Assembly: GCA_040954595.2 (NCBI GenBank)
Contig: CM082579.2
Location: 1,811,908-1,875,907, forward strand
Reading direction: 5' to 3'
Length of the DNA stretch: 64,000 nt
Origin: Balanoglossus misakiensis
Lineage: Eukaryota > Animalia > Hemichordata
Part shown: positions 1 to 13,100 of the stretch, one piece after another
Numbering within the stretch: position 1 is the first letter of the stretch
Layout: each line of letters opens with the position of its first letter
The notes under the pieces: generated by a model
Databases searched by the model: none
What the model saw: the letters and a program-made list of their open reading frames with translations, nothing else
Told to the model about the DNA's origin: nothing
Translations under genes and position numbers: made by a program

Positions 1-394
1 GCACACGCTTCCCAAGCAGAAAAGCTGATCATTTGACCATAACCTTTCTCTGACCTTTGCACTTTGTCCCCTATACAATGGCGCCATGTGCGACGAAACG
101 AGGAGAGTAATATTTACGTCTCCGCCCCTTGGCAACCCTTGGCAACAGTTAAATCACATGGAAGCTGAAATAGATATCAATCCGCAAAAATATATCGGTT
201 GTATCGAAACAAAAAATGCTCACATAAGATAAATTGTTGCTTTAGTTAAATTGTAGCACGCTGGAACTAAGATGATTAGTATTACAAACAAATTTGGTCA
301 CTGTGTTTAATTTTTTTGTATCGGCACTTATCAACACGCGGAGGGTTCCAAGAACGTCTAGGCTGTGAAAGAGCTGTTGGTAAACTTATCCAAA

Positions 395-3339
395 ATGGCG
401 CAGAACAAGTACGATCTCCTCCTTGTTCAGACCAAAACAGACAAGAAGATAAGAAATCAGCCATGGTAAGGAGACAGATATATAGTTTTTGCCAGTGAAC
501 TCGTAGCTTTATCAGGCGAAAGTGAGAAGTATTGTTCACTGTCACCGAGTGTATCAGTTCATCGTCCCATCCTTCTGTAGTTCTCTGCTCCCAACCCCAC
601 TCCATCCCACAGGTTGCAGGAGGTGTGGAGAAACAGTCCTCGTGCGACTGAGTGGAGATAGGTTGTCCAAATAATACTATACCAAATGTTTATGTTCACG
701 AAAGACCATATATTATTGGAGACGTAATGTATGTAATGACTTAAAATCTCTAAAACAAGCGCTAAGCTTTTTGTTTGTCATTCCCACTCCTTGTTGAGTG
801 TCCTTTGGTGCTGCCTACCAAATCAAGGAGAATCAAAGACAAAATGGGGAATTGTGAAAGTGCTTGCCACTCACGAATTTCATTGTTTTTGCTTGTCTCG
901 CATGTTTTAGGTATAAGGAAAGACTCCAACTCAAATATCTAAAATCCAGGAATCCAACAGATGCATCCAAAACTGTAATAGGTTCCCAGTGGACATTTTT
1001 GAAATCTGGGCTAGATGATTTCAGAGATGGATTACCACCACCTGTTGAAGGGAGTATCTTTATCAAGGTGAGGGTGAAAAAATCAAATCCGGAATCAAAC
1101 TTCAGATAATGAACATGATGTGTATTTCTGCACTAGACGTATGAACATTTACTACTCTGTTAAGGCCTACATTACATGTAGACAAAGTAATTACAGTGAA
1201 ATCGATTTTCTTCATCTTCTCCTGTACAGGGTACTAAAGGCCCAGAACCAAATGTGACAGGGGACTCAGACAAAAGGAATCCAAAGCAGACTGTTAACAA
1301 TAACAGATTTACAAAAGAACAAATAGTATATTCTAAATCATTACCACTACATCAAATGAGGAGGGATCATATTGATGAAATGGAATATGGGTTAACACAG
1401 CATCCATTGGCTCTGTATCCTCATCTTGAAGAATGCATGCCACCTGATGTAAGTAAAAAATAATGATCGCAAGGGTGAACATCTCCATTTGTCTCAGATT
1501 TCAGACCATCATTTTTTTCTTAAAAGTCACAGACAGCAACACCAATTGGTCAGCCTACTGTCTGGAGGACCACTAGAAGTTGAAATGGTTTGGCCACAGC
1601 TATAAAACTTTGTTGTATAGATACTCAGGGAAGCTTCCCAAAATGAACATTGTATATGTAGAATACCACATGTATTGTAGTATCTTTTCTGTATGTTGAC
1701 ATCAGTTATTGTTTTGCAAATAGGTGTTTGAGGATGTGGTGGATATTCTTGATCCTGAAATGAACTTAGGCAGTGAAGCAGATGATGAGGACTTTGATGA
1801 GTTTGAAGACTCATTTCCTGAAGAAACCACTTCCCCAAAACAGCAGACACAAGATTCTTCACAAGATAAAGACACAGAATCATCAGACCAAGGGCTAGAG
1901 TAAGCCACTACTAATTATTGAATCGTAACTGGGCTCACAATGAGCAACGATCTGGCATTAAATCCGTGATAAAGTCATGACTAAAATATACACAATCTTG
2001 GTTCACAGACCTACGGAGACTATATCAACCAGAAACCCATACATGTGGCTTCCAAAGAAGGAAGAGACCCAGAAGGACGACAAGAAACACGGCAAAAAGA
2101 GAAGCGATTCCCCATCACAAGATGAACACATCAAAGACGTCACCAAGGAATTCTGTGACTGGGTGGAAAGTCTGGGTGGGGAGAGTAACAATGTGGAAGA
2201 AGCCACAATACACAGTTTATTTGCAAGTGGATACGAAACGAAGCCAGCTCTCTCTGTTCCAATTCATGTGGTTGAGTTGACGAATGTTCCGCCAGAGCTC
2301 AGGATGTCAGCGCAGGTCACGCCACAAAGTTCAGCGCACACAACAAGAGGGGATGACAAACAGAATCTGGTAAGAAGTCACATCTGTGTTGCTCTGTCAT
2401 GTATTAGTATCACTTGATTTGGTGGAGACCCACTGTTGGTAATGGCTAGTATGCATGTACCTTATTTGTACTCGTGGATTATTAAAATAATTTACATAAT
2501 TTACTGTAAGTGTATACACTAAAACATTTTTTCAATCATGATATTTTCATGCATTTGCCATGTTCTTTATTGTTCTTTGCAGAATGCAAGAAGTGGTTAC
2601 ACGCCAAGCTGGATAAAGAATCAGTATGGAGCATGGTACTTGAATCCCAAAACTTGGAAAATAAGACCTGCAGATGAGGTAATGAGGTGTTCACATCAAT
2701 AACTTCTCGAAGTTATGACAAATAGTCTGTGGCCAGTTACTAGTATTCAAAAGTGAAAACATATTCAGAAAACATGCATAAGTTAGAGAATTCTAAACAT
2801 AATTGCTGGGAATGTATCATTCTTTTAGCATGATCTTGATTTTGATTTGACACTTGTTTCCTCATCCCATAGCCACTGCAAGATCCAAAGGAGCTGAAAG
2901 ACAAAGAGATGTCAGAGTCCAAAAAGAAGAGTTTTGCTATGGACGAACAGTTGGCGCCATTACATGGTGCTAAGGCATTTAAAGACTTCATTGAAAAGAA
3001 GAACAATCGTATGCCTGAGGTAGTTATCAGCTTTGGGGAACATTTACCCATGACAAAGTCAACCTGTATATGCATACATTCTTCAAACTTTGATATTCTG
3101 GTATATGGTGCTACATGAATCAGTACAGTAGGTCCAAGTTTAGACAAACATGTATTGTTGAGTTTTGTGGTAGGAATCATACAGTTATAGTGATATTCTT
3201 TCTCTCTTTTGTGTAGTTTCTAAACAGGGTGGCGGATTTCCAAGAAAAAGCAGAAGCAGAGGCTGCAGCAGCGGCAGAAGAAGAAGCGAGAAAAGCAGAA
3301 AAACTCAGAGCAAAACAAGAGAGAGACAAACAGTCGTGA
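395..3339 (+). CDS. FAM47: FAM47-family protein, 8 coding exons
   Basis: Splicing 395-465 to 911 gives MAQNKYDLLLVQTKTDKKIRNQPW|YKERL...SQWTFLKSGLDDFRDGLPP, resembling the FAM47 N-terminus (PWY...WxFxxxGxDDFR). Later exons encode HPLALYPHLEE, KEFCDWV, LFASGYETKP, YGAWYLNPKTW and LHGAKAFKDFI. Exons at ~1230-1448, 1724-1900, 2009-2369, 2583-2677, 2872-3019 and 3217-3339 (TGA). AATAAA cluster at ~3716-3727. Confidence 0.85.
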
Positions 3340-3942
3340 TACAATGCTGGCATCTCAACACTTGAACTTTCAAATCATGAACACCATTCCTGTGCATGGT
3401 GTACATACATGTACCAAACATTTGTCTCTGCATTGTATGTGTGTGCAAAACATATGCCGTCCAGATATTTGTGCATTACACACTCTGCCTAATACTTGCG
3501 TGATATTGGTAACCAGTGAGAGACTTGAGTTTACATTCAGCATATAACTGCTGAAGACAGACAGTAGTGTGTATTTGATGGTTGATAGGAAGTGTGGTTT
3601 CAGTGTCCAGAGTGCAAGAGAAGATCAAGTAATGGACACCTATCTACACTTGGAGGGCACAAGCATGTTATTAATGCAAATTGTATATATTGTATTCTCA
3701 TGTTCTTTAAACATGAATAAATAAATAAGACTGAAGCTTCGACCAGCTTGCTAGATCTGCAGCAACGCAACATCACCTGGAACAATAATGAAGAAGTAAC
3801 CTCTTGGATGTAACTTTTATTACCTTAAATGACTACAATTATTGAAACAACTTCATGTTATTGAAAGCATGCATGCTACGAGATGCACAGTATCGATCAC
3901 TCAGGTACGAGAGAAAATCTTCCCCATTCTACAGCCGGTCCT

Positions 3943-5973
3943 TCAGTCGGTTTTCTTCTTTCTAGCGCACATTTTACAGCACAGATGACACGTCTTCTTG
4001 ATAACAAAGACCACAATCGCACAAAGAATTAAAATAAAGAGAAAAACATCCAGGAGATAGTACTGAAAGATGTTCAACTCCAACGACGCCGGGCGAAGAT
4101 GCTGTCCCCCATATTGAAGCACATGTTCTGTCCAAAAGACCACTGACTCGCTGGGCGTCATCGGTTGGTCTCGGTGAATGTGAGAGAGTCGTACTGCATT
4201 CTCTTTGAAGCTGTGTCAGGAATGAAAAATAAAAGACATTGGTAAAATTTAGACAAGACGTGTTCGAGGATAAATCAGCGCATTAAGTTACCACACATGC
4301 TTAGGTAACTAAATGATAGGACTGAACAGTTTTGTAAATGACTCAGAAAATTAACAAGGCACTACCTTTTATCCTGTACTACTTTTGTCACGGTTTGATA
4401 TAGCTGATCTTCAGTCACCGTGGCGACATCAACTTCGAGAGCCATGCCCTTAGCAACCAGTCTGGCGATATTGTCGTAGTTATCTCCGAATATTGGCAAA
4501 CCAACAACAGGTATCCCGTGGTAAATGGCCTCGTATACACCATTCATGCCGCCATGTGTAATGAAGACTTTTGTGTTTGGATGACCTGAAAGTGAATAGA
4601 CGTAACAATCGCAGAAATGAGATGTCATATGACAACGAAAGTACCAAAAGGAGATAGTAGTCTTATCGTGTTCAAGTTATCAGCAGGATATTTGAAATGT
4701 TGATTACCAAGAAGATCGTTTTGTGGAATCCATTTAGCCAGTTTCGTATTACCACCAAGCCCAAGAGGTGGCTTGCCATCGTATCGTACGATGACCTTCT
4801 GAGGAAGTCTTGCAAATGCCCGTACAAAAAGTTCCGCTTTCTCCATGTTCACAGAGAGGTCAGCATGAGATCCGAGTGAGAAAACCACCACACCATCCGA
4901 AGCGGACTCAACAAACTCTTCCCAGTCCTATAAGAAATAATAAATTGGCTATTTAAAGCACGCTTAGCTGAATCCATTTGACCAAATCCCAATCAAACAG
5001 AATATGGTCTCTGTGGCTTTATCACAGCAACATCTGGGACACTACAAAATACCATTATCCAATAACCGAAGAGATAACATTAGTGTTATCTTACCTTGGA
5101 GAGGGAAGATGCCGGACTTGCAAGAAGTCCCCCGATGTGTACAGCATGGGGCATAGATGGACGCGGAAATTCATATGCAGAATCGTAAGAGAAATATGCC
5201 ATCTCGGAACTTCCCAAGAGTTCTTGTAACGTCACATCGGGTCGTATGTTATACTTTGCTTTCAAAGTGCCGAATGGCCTCAGAAAACCATAGTTAAACA
5301 CAAGGCTGGACATTATGTAATGTGCCAGGTTTTGTAATCGCTGAGTAAATGCCATTTTGTCTGTAAGTCTTGACATCATCGCGGGAGTGTAAGACGGATT
5401 TGATGGAATTCCGTGGAAAGAACTGTCTATCATTGGGAGGATTCTCTGGGTGGACACAGAGATAAACGGAAGATCAAGTTTATGTACGACCAAAGCATGG
5501 CACATCCAGAAAGAGTTGGCCAGTATGAGGTCATAGTCTGACTTGCGCAGGTTCTTGAAGAGGTTATCGTCTCTTAACAGTTGGTCGCAGTCTTTCGAAA
5601 AGAGCTGCAACTGAGCTAGCAGTGACCAGAAACTCAGCGAACCGCCTAAAGCATCCTTCATCTGGCTGGTGTACCCTTGCATGAAATCTTCGTCGAACAC
5701 ACTGTCGTACTCTTCGAAGTTAAATATCGACCTGTGCTGTTCGATCTTCTTGCCTTGCATGATATAATAACCGTCGTTGATCAGCATCGTGATGTTGTGT
5801 CCTCTCTCGTTCAGCAACTCACCAATCTTGGCCATGAACATGTAGTGACTTCCTATTGGAACTCCCGGGATTAGCAAAATTCTGCTTGCTGTTGACAGCT
5901 TCACGCAGCAGATGCCAACGAGGGCGATTGTAAACACACAATGACCACACAACCTAAGTGACCTGGGTGCCAT
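3943..5973 (-). CDS. UDP-glucuronosyl/glycosyltransferase (UGT, GT1 family), copy 1, 4 exons
   Basis: Signal peptide MAPRSLRLC..., long exon 1 (5973 to ~5095) with GSHY and PSNPSYTP, then WIPQNDLL|GHPNTKVFITHGGMNGVYEAIYHGIP (UGT signature). Last exon has FWTEHVLQYGGQHLR, a TM helix and KKTD* (ER dilysine motif). Confidence 0.95.
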
Positions 5974-6653
5974 GGTTGACGTTATCGTTTTAGAGCAAGG
6001 TCCGTTTGCAAATCTCGTGTCAAATAACCAGATCACCTTCGTTGAATTTAGTTCACGCTAGCTTTTGGACTCACTTTACCACAGCATGGACGTACGTACC
6101 ACAGAGTCAGATGATCACATACAGCATACAACTGCCTACATGTCAGGGAAGACTGGCACTGCTGAAGAAAACTGGATTATAGGAACACCTCACTCCTTCA
6201 GTTGTGGACTATAAAACACCCACTGCAGGGCGATTGTCTCTTTGAGGTCGAAGCTCACGAGCAATACCTTTTGTGTGTTATCATGATCTGTGTGTTTTGT
6301 TCCGCGTCACAGATTTGCAAATCAGTGGGATAGTCTGGATCTCACTGGAAGTGCCACTTTTGTGTTGGAAATTCACCAACATCATGATGCAGTTCCAATC
6401 ATGACTAAAATAGTTTGTTTTATATATTAAGACCAAGAAACTTTTTTTTCAATTAATTTTTATTTCGTTTCGGTAACTGCACAAGTTGTGTGTAGGATTA
6501 GAGAATCCCCAACGGTTAGCAAACTGGATATAAACTCACATTGAACGAATGGTCACTGGTCATAGGTCTATAGCAGCAGACAAGATAAGCATGAAGACTT
6601 ATAGCAACTATACCGCACACTTCTGTCAAAATGTCACTTTCTACTGCAGGTTT

Positions 6654-8766
6654 TCAGTCCGTTTTCTTCTTTCTAGCGCACATTTTACAGCACAGATGAC
6701 ATGTCTTCTTGATAACAAAGACCACAATCGCACAAACAATTAAAATAAAGAGAAAAACATCCACGAGATAGTACTGAAAGATGTTCAACTCGAACGACGC
6801 TGGGCGAAGATGCTGTCCTCCATATTGAAGCACATGTTCTGTCCAAAAGACCACCGTCTCGCTTGGCGTCATCGCTTGGTCATGATGGATGCGAGAGAGT
6901 CGTACTGCATTGTCTTTGAAGCTGTAAAGTATTTGAAAAGTAAATGTATTAAAATTCATGCATCGTTGTCATTTGCGGAGAATTCGAATTGAATTTCCTT
7001 AAATATCATAACGATACTAGAAGTTTCTAAAGTTACCTTCTATCTTGTATCACGTGTGTGATATCCCGATACAACTCATCTTCTGTCACTGTAGTGATAT
7101 CAACTCTAAGTGCCATTCCCTTCCCGACCAATCTGGCGATGTTATCGTGGTTGTCCGACATCAACGGAATTCCAACGACGGGCACTCCGTGATAAATAGC
7201 CTCATATACACTACTAATACCACCATGCGTGACGAGCACTTTGGTGTTTGGATGACCTAAATGTTAAGAGACGAAACATTACTTTTCGAATTTGTTTACA
7301 ATCGAGGGAGCATCTTTATCTTTGCATTTCTTGCCTTTTCGTTGCTGTCTAAACCGTGCTCAGAGCCAAGTGTGTACAATGTGTATCACCTTCTGATCAT
7401 TGATCTACGCAGTAATTTTGTTCAGCATTGAGTTTTCCAGGAGTCACTGACAAATAAAATCATACACTGATGACGATTTTGGCACCTTGAGAACTCCTTG
7501 CGGCAATACAATTTGTTTTGTGTAAGTATAGTATTATCTGAAATCCCATTTACCAAGAAGATCGTTTTGTGGAATCCATTTAGCCACTTTGGTATTTTCT
7601 CCAAGCCCCAGTGGTTGCGAGCCATCGTATCGAACAATGACCTTCTGAGGTAGTCTTGCGAATGCTCGAAAAAACATCTCCGCCTTCTCCATGTCCAAAG
7701 AGATATCGACAAAGGAACCAAGTGAAAAAATAACAACACCATTCGTGGATAACTCGACAAACTCCTTCCATTCCTAAAATGAATTTAAACGGAAAATTGT
7801 TAGTTCCGTATGTGACATTTCACAACATGATTTTTTATCTGCTTAGGCCTAAGTATTTGTCATTTAAAAAAAACTTCACAGTAAATATACCTTTTTGAGT
7901 GGAGAAACAGGTCTTGTAAGCAGTCCACCAATGTGTACAGCATGGGGCATAGATGGGCGTGGAAACTCAAATGCAAAATCGTCGTTGAAAAATACCATCT
8001 CGGAATGTCCAAAAAGCTCGTGAAGCGTAGCATCGGGCTGTATTTTATGCGTCTCCTTCAAAGTCTTATATGGTTTCAAAAAACCATAGTTAAACAGCAG
8101 GTAAGATATAACATAGCGCAAACAGTTTTGCAGTCGCAGGGTAAATGTCAGTTTATCTGTCAGACCCGAATGCGTCGCTGGAACATAGGATGGGTTGGAT
8201 GGAATTCCATAAAAAGAGCCGTCCAGTACTGGGGAGATTCTTTGGGGAGAAACTGAAATGGATCTCACACCAAGCCTATGTGTGACCAAAGCATAACAAA
8301 GGTAATACGAATGGCCCATGACGAGGTCATAGCCTGATTGATGTGCTCGCAAGAAAAGGCCATCATCTGCAAGCAACAATTCACAATCTTTTGAAAACTT
8401 TTGCAATATATCCATAAAGTCCCAGAAATGATATTGACCCTTGAAGGCGGCGCCCAGCATCTGTGCCACTACTTGCATAAAATTGCTATCGTACACACTC
8501 TTATACTCTTCAAAAGCAAATATCGATCCGTGTCTTTCGATCTCCCGGTCTTGCATGATATGAAAACCTTCATTGATCAACATGGTAACGTTGTGACCTC
8601 GCTGAGTCAACAATTCTCCGATCCTAGCCATAAGCGCGTAGTTACTTCCAACAGGAAATCCAGGGATTACCAAAATGTTGCTCGCTTGTGACGACGAAAC
8701 TGCATAGGTGCACACGAGAACACTGGTTATCATAAAACAGATAGAAAGCCGACGGGGAGATGCCAT
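6654..8766 (-). CDS. UDP-glucuronosyl/glycosyltransferase, copy 2, 4 exons
   Basis: Same exon layout as copy 1 (8766 to ~7891, ~7773-7553, ~7256-7037, ~6921-6654), with WIPQNDLL|GHPNTKVLVTHGG, a TM helix and KKTD*. Confidence 0.95.
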
Positions 8767-8926
8767 TATGGGTTTAAATCAGGTTACCACTGCACAAAGA
8801 ATTTAAGGGCAAGAACTATCGTTTACTTTCATTTGAATGATAATAGGGGTGAAGTATTAAATAGTGGTTTAATAGCACGCCCTACTTGTTGGGCTTCTTA
8901 AGGGTTGAAAATCAATTGCTACATCC

Positions 8927-8947
8927 CGGGGGGGGGGGGGGGGGGGG
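8927..8947. repeat. poly-G homopolymer
   Basis: Run of about 20 G upstream of the UGT copy 2 start. Confidence 0.9.
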
Positions 8948-10114
8948 CATTTGTTTATGAGTTCATTAAAATGCAGCTTTGAGCTCTTTATATTACAAAA
9001 TTTTCTAACGTGGGAAGGGTATGCAAGAAATTCCCATGAATTAGAGTCGTACACTATTGTTTTATGATAAAAGATGCTTTATTATTTGACTACCGGTACA
9101 TGTAAGTTTGGATTGCATGATTGTGTCAGGAACACACTCTGTAAATGACAAGGTTTTGCTTGGTATATTCTGAACACAATTGTACACTACATGTAAAGAA
9201 ATATACAATATACATGTACATGGATAGATACTAGACTGGTATGTATAGAATATACATACTTACAGTAACCTTTTGTGCCATGAGCCTGATACGGTACACA
9301 TGGCAATAACAAAAGAGTTGTCATAAAAGCTTCTATGCATTCCAGTACTTTGGTCACTCACCATATACACAGCACTGGTCCATACTGACTAACTGATAAA
9401 GAGAATTACCAGAAAAATGATGAAATGGACATACAAAATATGGACGGATTTTGTATAAGTCTCAAGATGGCGCACTCTTATATGAATTATACTGCACACC
9501 TTGTAATAAAAGCAGAGCTTGATTTGAACTCAATTGCCTTCAGTGATGTGGGCAGAGACATACATGTACAATAGCCTTTTTTATAGGGATACGGAAATCA
9601 CATGGTATATATATATTACATTAAGTAAAATTCTTTCTGAATATTCATATATCTTAAATCATCGAAATATATATTTCTGACTCATTTGAAGGGAAATAAA
9701 CAACCAGTGTATAATTGTTTCCAATGTAGATCATTCTAATACAAAAGAGAAAGGTAATATAAAATTACATCTACATGTAATTACATCTTAAATGTGCATG
9801 TTTATGCAATCACAACAAATCATGTATGAATAAAAAATTAGTAAACAAGATTTTGAACTACAACTGTTAACTTATAAATAGATGTCTCTTTCTTTTAAGT
9901 TTCAAAAGCACAGTTTGTGATTTGCACATTCAAAAAAGGCAGGACTTCTAACAAAGGCTTTATAAAGAACGATATGTCAAATGCCACTATTGCTCAGAAT
10001 TATTTCTCTGGTGGTTCCACAATATTGCTGAAATATGTCAAAGAATATCAGTGAAGTCCTGTGGTCGGAGCGCTTGAAGTACTAACTGCCCATGTTCATT
10101 GTCAACTGTTGGCC

Positions 10115-13100
10115 TTAGGATCTGCCAGAGGTTGCTGATGCAGCTCTGCTTGGTTTTCCGCCAGACATTGAAACCTGATCTTTCATTTCAGCAATTTCTG
10201 TGAGATAAAATATATTAGTTACAAATCAATCCACAGAGTTTTACGAGAGTTCGACTGGTCTGATACAAAGTGCTCGATACTAAAGTAGAGCAGAAGGGTA
10301 GCTGGAGAAACGATTATCGGTAAACTCTCTACAATGTTGTTTTGTGAGTCACTGGACTCACTCATCAAGAGACTAGTCTAGTCAAGTCTAGTCAAGTCTC
10401 CTGATGAGTGAGTCCAGATGCTGAAGAGATTAAACCACACAAGAATCATAACTGTGTACTGACCTTGCTTGAGTGCTTGGTTCTCTTGCATAAGCTCGGA
10501 ATTCCTTGTTGAGAGGAAGACCGCGTCTTGTACAGATTCTTCCAGCAGAGTACGGTATCTTTGTTCCAGAGCTGCCTTCTGCTCCTCAAACACCTGCCGG
10601 TAATTTCTGAAAGTCTAAAAAAGAGAAACAAGCAATAAACTGTTATGCCATTCCAGGGTTTACACTTGGATGTTAAACTCATGCCAAAAATGCCAGGATG
10701 TGAAGGTCACATAGAGGCCATGAAAGTTGCGTATTTGGTAAAAACAATAGAGACCTGAAAGTTCTGCAACTGTTGTACTTCCAGTTCATCTTTATGACGA
10801 ATGTAGCTCTCTTCCAAATCCTTGGTTAATTGTATTTTCTCTTGGTCGAGTGTCTGTAACTGCATGGTGACAACAGCTCTCTCTGCCCTCAGTTCAATCA
10901 GCTCAGTCTCCAGTTGCATTATCTGCTGGTTGCTGTAGTTAAAACCCTGTGTCATCTTCATCTGTGGCAGAAAAGAAAAGATTGCAGTGACACTGTAGAA
11001 TATAATCTACCCATATCGTACACCGTATCTCAAAGCAGCTCCAGAAGAAATCTGTCTACCTGAAGTTCAGCCTTCTCATGTTCAATCTCCATCTTCATCC
11101 TGTCCAGCTCGTCTGCCAACATGGAAGCATTTTCTCTCTCTAGTTTCTTTCTCTCTTCTTCTTCTATCATTCTTCTCAGCTCGGAATTATTCCTCAAGTC
11201 TGCATTTTCGGACCTCACATCCTGCGAAGAGTTGGAATCACCATGAATAGAGAAAAGTTTAGAAAACTAATTGTTGTCTATCCTGCAAACTCGCCACTAA
11301 TTTTGTCCTTAAAAACAACTAGTACCAGAAAAGACTTAATACTGACCTCTTTCTCTCTTCTCTGTTTTTCTTGCAGTTCCTTCAATCTTCTCTTGACATC
11401 TTTGACATTTTCACTCTCTCGTTTCAACTTCTCTTTTAGTTCATGAATAGCAGTCACTCTGGTTTTGGTCTCAGATTCTGAGGCCTTGCCTGTCACCAAA
11501 AAAGGAAGGACAGTAGTTGAGATATAAGCTTTTGTTTTATCAGTAGAATTGCAGTTATGACAGTACATTGAAATGATACTTACCACTTTCTGCTAGTTTG
11601 GAATAATCAGCAATCCTTGCCTGTAGATTGTCTTTCATGTCATCGACCAGCTTGCGTTTCTCTTTATACTCGGCCAACAACTACAAGGTAGAAATTAAAC
11701 TTGAATATTTGTGGAAAGAGTAACATAAATCACACACAAGACATTTGGAGGCCCCTTCATTAAAGAATTTCATTTAGTAAGTACGCCCATACTTCACATA
11801 GTAGTGGTGTAATTTCGGTATTCTGTGCCAGGAGTGTTAAATAACTGTAAAAGTGACATAAGGTCACATATTTACCTGGTCTTTTTCTTTCTGCATCAGA
11901 AGAAACTTCTCCTGCATTTCTTTATTTCCCTTTCTTGCTGTGTCACTCATCACCCATTCAATAATTCCCTGTTGAGAAAAACAGTTCGAAGGCAATACTA
12001 AAATCAGATGTAAATGGACAATTTGTTCTACCAAGTTGGCAAGTATTATAGCCAGTAACATGCTGAATTCCGCCTGAAAGTATGGCTTCTGTCTGGTCAT
12101 GTGTACAGTGTAGAGAAATCTTACCCTGTTGGCTAGATGCACTTTTCTTTCATCTTCATACTGCAGAGAGAGCCTCTCTTTCTCATCCCAAGTCTGTCGT
12201 TTTGCAATTTGTAAATCGTACACCAGATCCTGTGAGAATGTAAACACAATGTGATGTGACGATCGAGCTATTTTTCAATAGCACAATTAGTAGCAGACAT
12301 TACATGCATTGAAAGTTTCCACATTGTCCATCCACCCCCTCCCCACCCCTCAAAACATCTGTTCCACAAACCTGCATCCTTGCGACATCATCTTTGTTGG
12401 TTTCCTGACCTGGACCAATGTTGGCTAGTTTATCACGAAGCTTGCTTATTTCGTCTCTCAGCTCACCAACGACTCTTGGTGTTTCACTCTGAGAAGTGAA
12501 GATCAAGACAGTCACACGATGCACACATATATGGTGCATATAAATTACACAGAAATGTACAGTCAACCGCACATACATGTAGGAACTATCTGTGTACCAA
12601 AAAACTGAAATGTAAATGACAACTTCCACTTACTGTATTTTTCTTGACATGATTCTGTATATTTTTAACATACTGTGCATATGTTAATGTCTTGGTACTT
12701 GCTTCATATGCACTGTCAGCTGGTGATACCAGTGCTAGGAAACAAGTGTAGCTGTTTCCTCCCAGACTGTCCTGCAATTTGAGTATCAAAAATCAAGTAT
12801 TGACGATAATATATCTTTGACACTTTGAATACAGGCATTTCTCAACAGGTACACACATGTAGCTTTGGAGATTATTTGCATATCACACACCCTAATTAAC
12901 TCACCTGTATCAACCTAGTGACTTTGGAATCTCTGTAAGGGACATGACCACCTTTCCTTGCTGGGTTTCCCAAAGCATGGATCACTCTACCTACAGCGGA
13001 TAGCCTGTAACAAAATATAACACCACTCAATGGTCACTCCATCTCATATAAGGTTACTTGGATGACTGTCATTAGTGTCATTATTAAGCAACTTGCAGAA

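Noticed and set aside
5974-6036. N-terminal extension of the UGT copy 1 ORF in the track
   Set aside because: It begins at a non-ATG codon. The ATG at 5973 starts a signal peptide matching copy 2.
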